NCBI GenBank assembly: GCA_030141605.1
Contig: JAQGDQ010002489.1
Location: 1 to 19,078 of the forward strand
Source: Tubiluchus corallicola
Lineage: Eukaryota; Animalia; Priapulida
DNA length: 19,078 bases
Direction: 5' to 3'
Shown here: piece after piece, positions 1 to 7,674 of the stretch
Numbering within the stretch: the stretch's first letter is position 1
How the letters are laid out: every line of letters starts with the position of its first letter
The notes under the pieces: generated by a model
Told to the model about the DNA's origin: nothing
The model's input: the letters and a program-made list of their open reading frames with translations, nothing else
The model's database searches: none
Made by a program: the position numbers and the translations under genes

Positions 1-1
1 A

Positions 2-526
2 GAATTTGATAATGACCTTGCGATAGCAAGCCCCACTGCTAAACAATGCACATTTAGAATACATAGAGATGTTAGATTTAGCAAAGATAAAACACCCTAT
101 AAAACCAATTTCGGTGCAGATTTTAGCAAAGCTCCAAAAAAATTTGATTCTCCTGGCTACTACTTACATATAGCCCCAAAAGAGTGCTTTTTGGCAGGAG
201 GCTTATACATGCCATCAAGCGACGCTCTACGCAAAATAAGAGAAGAAATAAACTATAATAGTGATGAGTTTTTAAACATCATCAACAATAAAGAATTCAA
301 ACACTATTTTGAAAAATTAATAGAAGACCATAAACTAAAAAGACCTCCTAAAAATTATTCTGCTGACCACCCCCATATAGAGCTTCTCAAACTTAAAACC
401 TACATAGTCGTACATCGTGTAGATGAGAAAAAAATAAAAGATAACAACTTCAATGAATATGCCATAAGCGTATTTAAAATTATGCAACCTCTAATTAATT
501 TTATTAGAACAGCCATAGAAAACTAA
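2..526 (+). CDS. DUF2461 (TIGR02453-like) family protein, 5'-truncated by the window edge
   Basis: The frame is open from base 2 and reads ...FRIHRDVRFSKDKTPYKTNFGA...PGYYLHI...FLAGGLYMP...LRKIREEI...LKRPPKNYSADHPHIELLKLK, which matches DUF2461 motifs. The track start at 191 is internal. Confidence 0.88.
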   Translation, partial: EFDNDLAIASPTAKQCTFRIHRDVRFSKDKTPYKTNFGADFSKAPKKFDSPGYYLHIAPKECFLAGGLYMPSSDALRKIREEINYNSDEFLNIINNKEFKHYFEKLIEDHKLKRPPKNYSADHPHIELLKLKTYIVVHRVDEKKIKDNNFNEYAISVFKIMQPLINFIRTAIEN

Positions 527-551
527 CAAAATTCGTTAAAAAGGAACCAAA

Positions 552-588
552 TTGTAATGGGAAACAGTTTATAAGTTTCTCATAATAA
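552..588 (+). terminator. Hairpin after the DUF2461 gene (possible weak terminator)
   Basis: ATGGGAAAC (557-565) pairs with GTTTCTCAT (575-583) with one G-U pair, and the stem is extendable. No U-tract follows. Confidence 0.3.
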
Positions 589-645
589 AATACTCTTCCT
601 CTTGTAATATTTCTTGTATTATTTTTTTTAATGTAAAAAAATGAA

Positions 646-678
646 TTAATTTTACGGCATCTAATTAAGTAAAACTAA
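646..678 (+). promoter_or_regulatory. Inverted-repeat element overlapping a -7-like box upstream of the ribulokinase
   Basis: TTAATTTTAC-N13-GTAAAACTAA has 9/10 arm complementarity and contains TAATTTTA, close to the Bacteroidota -7 consensus TAnnTTTG. A near-identical copy lies at 2395-2427. Confidence 0.4.
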
Positions 679-692
679 TATTTTTTAAGACA

Positions 693-2355
693 ATGGAAGC
701 AACATATGTAATAGGTGTTGATTTTGGAACAGACTCCGTACGAAGTCTCATTGCAAACGCAATAAACGGCAACATTGAAGCCGAAGCCATACATTATTAC
801 ACAAGATGGAAAGAGCAGAAATATTGTAACTCTTCGCAAAATCTATTTAGACAACACCCACTAGATTATTTAGAAGGAATAAAAATCACCCTAAAAGAAA
901 TAATATCCAAAGTTTCGCCCAAAATAGTAAAAAACATAAAAGCCATTTCAATAGACACTACTGGGTCTACCCCCGTAGCCATTGATAGCCATGGAATGCC
1001 CTTAGCATTACGTTTTCGTGAACAACGCTATGTTCGTCCTGTGGAAAGATCACACAGCAGTAGAAGAGGCAGAAGAAATTAATAATATGGCAAAAACTTG
1101 GGGTGGCGAAGACTTCACTAAATATTCTGGCGGTATTTACTCCTCAGAATGGTTTTGGGCTAAGATACTACATATCATCAAGTCTGATGAAAAAATTAAA
1201 AACGCTGCCTACTCATGGGTAGAACATTGTGATTGGATGCCTGCCGTTTTAACAGGAAACACAAAGCCTCTAACATGGAAGCGCAGTAGATGTGCTGCTG
1301 GGCATAAAGCCATGTGGAACAAAAAATTTAACGGTCTGCCATCTAAAGACTACCTAATAACATTACATCCGTACTTAGCAAACTTAAAAGATCGACTATA
1401 TGTAGATACTTATACCGTTGATAAAAGTTTTGGAAACCTATCAAAAGAATGGGCAGAAAAATTAGGTCTCTCTACTAACGTAAAAGTAGGTGTCGGGGCA
1501 TTAGACGCTCATATAGGAGCTGTTGGTGCGCAAATAGAACCATATTCTTTTTGCCGAGTAATGGGTACTTCCACATGCGACATGTTGATAGTGCCCAATG
1601 ACGCAACAAAAAATACTTTAGTAAAGGGAATATGTGGGCAAGTAGATGGCTCCATTGTCCCTAACATGTTAGGCATGGAAGCAGGACAATCTGCATTTGG
1701 AGATATTTATACTTGGTTTAAAGACATCATTTCATTTCCATTGCATCATATCATTGCCAACTCAAATATTATAGAAGGCTCTGTAAAAGACAAGTTAATA
1801 AATGAAACTTCCAATAAAATTATTACTTATCTATCAAAAGAAGCCACCAAAATAGAAACAAAAGATGACAACCTTATGGCTCTTGACTGGTTAAATGGAA
1901 GAAGAACTCCTGATGCAAATCAAAAACTAAAAGGTGCTATTACAGGCTTAACCTTAGGCAGCAATGCTCCCCGAATATTCAAAGCACTAGTAGATGCTAC
2001 AGTGTTTGGCTCAAAAAAAATTATAGATAGATTTGTTTCAGAAGGCATAAAAATTAATTCTGTAATAGCGTTAGGAGGAGTAGCTAAAAAATCTCCATTA
2101 GTAATGCAAACTCTAACAGACGTATTGAACGTGAAAATAAAAGTAGCAAACTCTGAGCAAACTTGTGCATTAGGGGCTGCCATGTGTGCCGCAACAGTTG
2201 CGGGCATTTATAAAAAATTAGAACATGCCCAGCATGCTATGGGAGCAGGATTTGATAAAGAGTATACACCTCTTGAAGAAAATGTAAAGAAATATGAAAC
2301 CTTATATAGCAAATATGAACAATTAGCCACTTTTATTGAAAATAGCACTAAATAA
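693..2355 (+). CDS. araB: Ribulokinase (FGGY family, AraB type), frameshifted at ~1011-1023
   Basis: The N-terminal part has IGVDFGTDSVR, FRQHPLDY and IDTTGSTP. The C-terminal part has NAMFVLWKDHTA, YSSEWFWAK, SRCAAGHKA, VMGTSTCD, GICGQV, EAGQSAFGD, LDWLNGRRTP and ALGAAM. ORFs 693..1082 and 1018..2355 are two halves of one gene. Confidence 0.92.
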
Positions 2356-2394
2356 AACAATAATTTATTGCTATTATTTTTCAAACTATTTGAC

Positions 2395-2427
2395 TTAATT
2401 TTACTCATTAAATTAAAATAAAACTAA
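2395..2427 (+). promoter_or_regulatory. Second copy of the inverted-repeat/-7-like element, upstream of the BNR-repeat gene
   Basis: TTAATTTTAC-N13-ATAAAACTAA has the same spacing as 646-678 and differs at one arm position. Confidence 0.4.
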
Positions 2428-2435
2428 AAATAACC

Positions 2436-3491
2436 ATGACACTACTCATTAAAATTTTTATTGCAATAATTTCACTCTTTACTATAAAGGGTGAAAGAAC
2501 CAATGTAGAAATAGAAAAACAACCGGGATACATTAAAGGTGAGTTTATTTATTCACTCAACAACAAACCTACCCCACAATGTCACGCCTCTACACTCGTT
2601 GAAACCCCTGACGGAATTATAGTATCATGGTTTGGTGGAACAAAAGAAAAACATGAAGATGTTGGAATTTGGTTATCAAAAAACACTAACAATACGTGGA
2701 CAACACCAAAAGAAGTAGTCAATGGAGTAAAAGGAGAAAAACGTTATCCATGCTGGAATCCCGTACTCTTTCAGCCCAAAAGAACAGATTTAATGCTATT
2801 TTATAAAGTAGGACCCAGCCCCTCTACTTGGTGGGGAGAAATTATCACTTCAAAAGACAATGGCACAACTTGGAGCAAACCTAAAATGCTTCCAAAAGGA
2901 ATATTAGGTCCTATAAAAAACAAACCCGAGCAGCTTGCCAATGGTACTATTCTTTGTCCTACAAGTAGTGAAGATGACGGATGGAAAGTATACTTTGAAT
3001 ACTCAACAGACATGGGTAAAACTTGGCAAAAAACAGAGCCCATCAACGATGGTAAAACATTTTCAGCCATCCAGCCCAGTATTCTAATCCATCCCAACGG
3101 AGATTTACAGGTGCTGTGTCGTTCCAAAGAAGGAGTAATAACACAAAGCAAATCAACAGATAACGGCTTGACATGGAGTGAAATGTCTGCTACATCCCTA
3201 CCCAATCCAAACTCAGGAACAGATGCCGTAACTCTGCAAGATGGTCGCCACTTACTTGTGTATAACCATATAGGAAAAGAAGCCAATGAATGGGGAGGCA
3301 AAAGAAGCCCATTAAATGTAGCCATCTCTAACGACGGAGAAAATTGGAAAGAGGCTTTAATATTAGAAAATCAACAAGGAGAATACTCCTATCCTAGCGT
3401 AATACAAAGCAAAGATGGTTTTGTACATATTACCTATACCTATAAAAGAGAAACCATAAAGTATGTTAAATTAGACCCAACTAAGCTCTAA
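2436..3491 (+). CDS. Secreted BNR/Asp-box beta-propeller glycosidase ('exo-alpha-sialidase'-like, BNR_2/GH33-like)
   Basis: Hydrophobic N-terminus, Asp boxes SKDNGTTW, STDMGKTW, STDNGLTW and SNDGENW, and family motifs CHASTLVE, GPIKNKP, LPNPNSG and EYSYP. Confidence 0.85.
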   Translation: MTLLIKIFIAIISLFTIKGERTNVEIEKQPGYIKGEFIYSLNNKPTPQCHASTLVETPDGIIVSWFGGTKEKHEDVGIWLSKNTNNTWTTPKEVVNGVKGEKRYPCWNPVLFQPKRTDLMLFYKVGPSPSTWWGEIITSKDNGTTWSKPKMLPKGILGPIKNKPEQLANGTILCPTSSEDDGWKVYFEYSTDMGKTWQKTEPINDGKTFSAIQPSILIHPNGDLQVLCRSKEGVITQSKSTDNGLTWSEMSATSLPNPNSGTDAVTLQDGRHLLVYNHIGKEANEWGGKRSPLNVAISNDGENWKEALILENQQGEYSYPSVIQSKDGFVHITYTYKRETIKYVKLDPTKL

Positions 3492-3519
3492 AATAATTAG
3501 CCGTTTGCCCCTATTCAAA

Positions 3520-4582
3520 ATGACAAAACAAATAATAAGCCAAATTCTACTGCTATTTGTCATGCTTAACGCTATGGCACAAAAGATAGAACCACCCCGT
3601 CATTATGTTTGTTACCGTGCCTCAGAGCCACTAAAAATAGATGGTAAACTACTAGAAAAAGAGTGGCAAAAAGCTCAATGGACTGAAGATTTTGTAGATA
3701 TAGAGGGAGAAAAAAACGCACCTCCAAAGTATAAAACAAGAGTGAAAATGCTATGGGATGATGAATACTTCTACATAGCTGCTGAATTAGAAGAGCCACA
3801 CATTTGGGCAACGCTTACCAAACGAGATGCTGTGATTTTTCATGACAACGACTTTGAAGTATTTATTGATCCAAACGGAAATAATCACTTATATTATGAG
3901 CTTGGAAATTAATGCCCTTAATACTATTTGGGATCTATTGCTTGCAAAGCCATACAGGGATGGCGCTCCCGCTATCAACTCTTGGGACATAAAAGGAATA
4001 AAAACAGGAGTGCACATATATGGAACATTAAACGACCCTAACGATATTGATGAGAAGTGGACAATAGAAATAGCACTCCCTTGGGAAACATTAGGTGAAT
4101 GTGCTGACAAAAAAAGACCACAACCAGAAGACCAATGGAGAATTAATTTTTCAAGAGTAAACTGGGATGTTATTATTGAAAATGGAGAGTATAGAAAAAA
4201 AATTAATCCGAAAACAAAAAAACCATACCCCGAATACAACTGGGTATGGACTCCCCAAAGGGCAATAGATATGCACCGACCTGAAATGTGGGGATATGTG
4301 CAATTCTCAAATAAAATAGTAGGAACAACAACAGACGATTTTAGTCCTGATGATAATTTTGAGTTGAAAATGGCTTTGATGAGTGTGTACTACTTTCAAA
4401 AAGAATATTTTAAAAAACATAAAGCCTATACTAAAAACATAAACAGTATATCAGAAAAATATAAAAACAAAATAACCATAGAAACAACTAGCAAACAATT
4501 TGTTGCCTATTGTGTTGGTGAAAACAACAATATTTGGTATATTAACCAAGAAAGCAAAATTTGGCAACAAAAAAACAAATGA
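3520..4582 (+). CDS. Carbohydrate-binding family 9-like (DOMON/CBM9-like) secreted protein, frameshifted at ~3901-3905
   Basis: Signal peptide ending AMA|Q, then IDGKLLEKEW, TRVKMLWDDEYFY and DNDFEVFIDP. HLYYEL continues as EINALNTIWDL in the next frame, followed by WTIEIALPW, WRINFSRV, NWVW and MHRPEMWGYVQF. About 353 aa if one base is removed. Confidence 0.85.
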
Positions 4583-4583
4583 T

Positions 4584-5672
4584 ATGAAAACTCTAAAATA
4601 CATCTCAACGCTTATAATAATAACAATTTTATTCGCTGCATCATGTAATATTTCTAAAAAATCTGAACAAAAAATAACCCCTACATTTTGGGTTTGGATG
4701 GGTTCTAATGATAAAGATTGGGACGAAGCTTTTAAAAAAATTTCAAACATAGGAATCCAAGCCGTTTTAATAGAAAACGCCTCTACACAATTACTACAAA
4801 AAGTAATTCCCATAGCAAAAAAATATAATATTGATGTCCATTTGTGGATGTGGACGCTTAACCGAGGCGACCTAGCAAAAAACAACCCTGAATGGCTCAG
4901 TGTCAACAGAGAAGGAAAATCATTAAAAGACCAAAAAGCATATGTTGATTATTACAAGTTTCTATGCCCCGCACTGCCCCAAGTAAAAGAAGCCTTAAAA
5001 AATGAAGTGGAAAAATATTGTAAAATAGAGGGATTAAAGGGCATACATTTAGATTATGTTAGATATGTTGATGTAATATTACCAATAGGGCTACAGCCAA
5101 AATATAACCTCGTACAAGATAGCGTGCTACCACAATTTGATTATGGCTATCATCCATACATGCAAACAATATATAAACACAAATATGGCATACATCCGAC
5201 AGAAATTGATAATCCATCAGAAAACAAAGAGTGGAACGAGTTTAGGTATGCAGAAGTAACTAAATTAGTAAAAATATTAGAAGAAGTAGTACATAAGCAC
5301 GGAAAGAAACTCTCTGCTGCCGTTTTCCCCACGCCATCAATGTCAAAAGAAATGGTATTGCAAGACTGGGGAAATTTCCCTTTAGACATGGCCTTTCCAA
5401 TGCTCTATCATGAATTTTACAATGAAGACTTAAAATGGATAGAAAATTCTATAAAAGAAGGACTCGCAACATCTATTGTAAAAGATGGTGAAGTATATGC
5501 AGGGTTGTTTCTTTCCACCTTTCAAAAAAGAGAAAATGAAAAAATATCAAACGCCATTGAACGCTCTCTAAATGCAGGTGCCAAAGGAGTTGCTTTTTTC
5601 AACTACAGCTCGCTATCAGATGAAATGTCCGAAGAAATAAAAGAGACAATAAGTAAAATAAAAGCAAAATAA
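4584..5672 (+). CDS. Glycosyl hydrolase-like 10 (GHL10/DUF187, YddW-like) lipoprotein
   Basis: The ATG at 4584 is 1 nt after the upstream stop. MKTLKY...ILFAAS|C is a lipobox. Motifs include VHLW, PEW, LCPALPQVK, GIHLDYVRY, W..FR, LSAAVFP, QDW and FPMLY. Confidence 0.82.
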   Translation: MKTLKYISTLIIITILFAASCNISKKSEQKITPTFWVWMGSNDKDWDEAFKKISNIGIQAVLIENASTQLLQKVIPIAKKYNIDVHLWMWTLNRGDLAKNNPEWLSVNREGKSLKDQKAYVDYYKFLCPALPQVKEALKNEVEKYCKIEGLKGIHLDYVRYVDVILPIGLQPKYNLVQDSVLPQFDYGYHPYMQTIYKHKYGIHPTEIDNPSENKEWNEFRYAEVTKLVKILEEVVHKHGKKLSAAVFPTPSMSKEMVLQDWGNFPLDMAFPMLYHEFYNEDLKWIENSIKEGLATSIVKDGEVYAGLFLSTFQKRENEKISNAIERSLNAGAKGVAFFNYSSLSDEMSEEIKETISKIKAK

Positions 5673-5804
5673 AATACTCCTGCCAAAAATTACACTTGTA
5701 ATAAGAGTGAAAACTCTCTGGAGATTGGAGCACTATTTTTGTTTTTACAAAATTATCTTCATTTTATAGTAAGTGAATTATCATGCAAAAAAAAGTAAAG
5801 AAAT

Positions 5805-5835
5805 CTTGAAAATGTTTTCGTTTTTATTATCTTTA
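5805..5835 (+). promoter_or_regulatory. Bacteroidota sigma-70 promoter for the dksA-scpB-rluB-plsB-gpsA run
   Basis: CTTG (5805-5808)-N19-TATCTTTA (5828-5835), close to the consensus TTTG-N19-21-TAnnTTTG. Confidence 0.55.
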
Positions 5836-5886
5836 CCCTTCAATATCTGATTTATGCTTATTTTAACTATTTAAAAACTTAAGCCA

Positions 5887-6270
5887 ATGGCAACGAAAGA
5901 ACGATATTCAAAGGACGAATTAAAAGAATTTGAACACGTAATAACAAAAAAATTGCAAGAAGCAGAAAAAGAATTGGAGTACATTAAAGATATGTTAGCA
6001 AAGGATAAAAGTGCACTTGGAGAAGAAGGCAAAGCAATAAGCAACGTATTTGAAGACGGCGCCAGTGCTGCCGAACGAGAAAACTTAAATAACCTAGCTG
6101 CACGACATCAAAAATTCATCAAGAATCTACAAAATGCTTTAGCACGAATTAAAAATGGCACATATGGTGTCTGCGTAGTTACAGGCAAACTAATACCTAA
6201 AGAACGCTTATTATTAGTTCCCCACACTACACATTCTATAGAAGCAAAACTAAACAGGAACTCAAATTAA
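5887..6270 (+). CDS. dksA: TraR/DksA family transcription factor (Bacteroidota type)
   Basis: RYSKDELKEF, a coiled coil with an FEDGA tip, and ALARIKNGTYGVCVVTGKLIPKERLLLVPHTTHSIEAK. Confidence 0.88.
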   Translation: MATKERYSKDELKEFEHVITKKLQEAEKELEYIKDMLAKDKSALGEEGKAISNVFEDGASAAERENLNNLAARHQKFIKNLQNALARIKNGTYGVCVVTGKLIPKERLLLVPHTTHSIEAKLNRNSN

Positions 6271-6271
6271 G

Positions 6272-6826
6272 TTGGCAGTATTAACCTCTCATATAGAAAG
6301 TCTAATATTTTGCTCTCCTTCACCCATCAGCAAAGAAGAGATAAAAAATTGTCTTTTTGAGATGTTTGATGCAAAAGTCCACAATGCAGACATAGAACAG
6401 GCAATATCAACATTAGTAGGAAAATATGGAACTGAAGAGCATGCCATAGAAATAATGCATGTAGGAGGAGGATATCAATTTATGACAAAACCCGTATATC
6501 AAACAAGCATTGGCATATTATTGAAGCAACGTTCTAAACGAAAACTGTCTACTTCTGCATTAGAAACCTTAGCTATAATAGCTTATAAACAGCCCGTTAC
6601 TAAAAACGATATAGAAAAGATTCGAGGAGTAAATTGTGACTACAGTGTGCAAAAACTTTTAGAAAAAGAACTTGTAGAAATAAAAGGGAAATTAGAAACC
6701 ATAGGCAAGCCTATAATCTATGGGACTTCTAACAAATTTTTAGAATATTTTGGCATTAATGATATAAAAGAGTTGCCTACACTCAAAGATTTTAAAAAGG
6801 AAAAAAACGAACTAGGGCAAAACTAA
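6272..6826 (+). CDS. scpB: SMC-Scp complex subunit ScpB
   Basis: IESLIF, GGYQFMTK, LSTSALETLAIIAYKQPVTK..IEKIRGVN, GKPIIYGTS.KFLEYFGI...ELP. TTG start 1 nt after the dksA stop. Confidence 0.93.
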   Translation: MAVLTSHIESLIFCSPSPISKEEIKNCLFEMFDAKVHNADIEQAISTLVGKYGTEEHAIEIMHVGGGYQFMTKPVYQTSIGILLKQRSKRKLSTSALETLAIIAYKQPVTKNDIEKIRGVNCDYSVQKLLEKELVEIKGKLETIGKPIIYGTSNKFLEYFGINDIKELPTLKDFKKEKNELGQN

Positions 6827-6866
6827 TAACAAATTAAAACTCTACTGCTCAGCTATATCAGCACTC

Positions 6867-7646
6867 ATGAAAAAGAAAAACAAAAAAGACCTCTCCCCTT
6901 CCAAAATCAAACCTAAAAACAAAGAAAATATAGACAATAGTCTCGTGCGGCTTAACAAATTTATTGCCGCATCAGGCGTATGCTCAAGGAGAGACGCCGA
7001 TACATTGATTGAAACAGGGCAGATAAAAGTAAATGGAAAAGTAATTACCGAATTAGGCTCAAAAATCTTACCCAGCGACTTAGTAATGCACAAAGGCAAA
7101 AAGCTGTCTGGCGAAAGATTTAAATATATTTTACTCAACAAACCCAAAGACTATATCACCACCACAAATGACACTCACAGCAGAAAAATTGTGATGGATT
7201 TGGTAGGAGAAGCTTGTAGAGAAAGAATTTTTCCCGTTGGAAGATTAGACAAAAATACCACAGGGCTATTACTCTTTACTAATGATGGCAATCTGGCAAA
7301 AACACTAACACACCCATCTAACAAAGTGAAAAAAGTCTATTACGTAAATATTGACAGCCCTATTAAGGAAGAAGACTTTATAAAAATAAAAGAAGGAGTG
7401 ATTTTAGAAGATGGAAAAGCAATTGTAGACAATGTAGCAATAGTTTCAGAAGACAGAAAAAGCTTGGGCATTGAAATACATATTGGGAAAAACCGAATCA
7501 TTAGAAGGTTGTTTGAAGCATTGGGATATAAAGTAATAAAACTTGACAGAGTGATGGTTGGTAATTTGACAAAGAAAAAGTTACCCCGAGGGAAATGGCG
7601 ATTTTTAACAAAAAAAGAAGTTATTAATCTAAAATACTTAAAATAA
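6867..7646 (+). CDS. rluB: rRNA pseudouridine synthase, RsuA/RluB/E/F family with S4 domain
   Basis: RLNKFIAASGVCSRRDAD (S4 domain), LLNKPKDY, the catalytic PVGRLD..TTGLLLFTNDG, and GKNRIIRRLFE. Synteny with scpB favours RluB, but the exact paralogue is uncertain. Confidence 0.85.
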   Translation: MKKKNKKDLSPSKIKPKNKENIDNSLVRLNKFIAASGVCSRRDADTLIETGQIKVNGKVITELGSKILPSDLVMHKGKKLSGERFKYILLNKPKDYITTTNDTHSRKIVMDLVGEACRERIFPVGRLDKNTTGLLLFTNDGNLAKTLTHPSNKVKKVYYVNIDSPIKEEDFIKIKEGVILEDGKAIVDNVAIVSEDRKSLGIEIHIGKNRIIRRLFEALGYKVIKLDRVMVGNLTKKKLPRGKWRFLTKKEVINLKYLK

Positions 7647-7674
7647 TATTTAAGTAAAGATTGAAATAAATATT

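Noticed and set aside
600-622. Direct repeat TCTTGTAATAT / TCTTGTATTAT upstream of araB
   Set aside because: Only two short AT-rich copies, not seen in other leaders, so compatible with chance.
4500-4583. N-terminal extension of the GHL10 ORF from TTG 4500
   Set aside because: It overlaps the CBM9-like gene, whereas ATG 4584 gives a proper lipoprotein signal peptide.
5710-5730. AAACTCTCTGGAGA resembles fragments of a glycine riboswitch
   Set aside because: There is no GAAGG or CUCUCAGG core, it lies upstream of the dksA promoter, and no glycine-related gene follows.
6272-6826. scpB without an adjacent scpA
   Set aside because: Separation of scpA from scpB-rluB is common in this phylum, and absence cannot be judged from one window.
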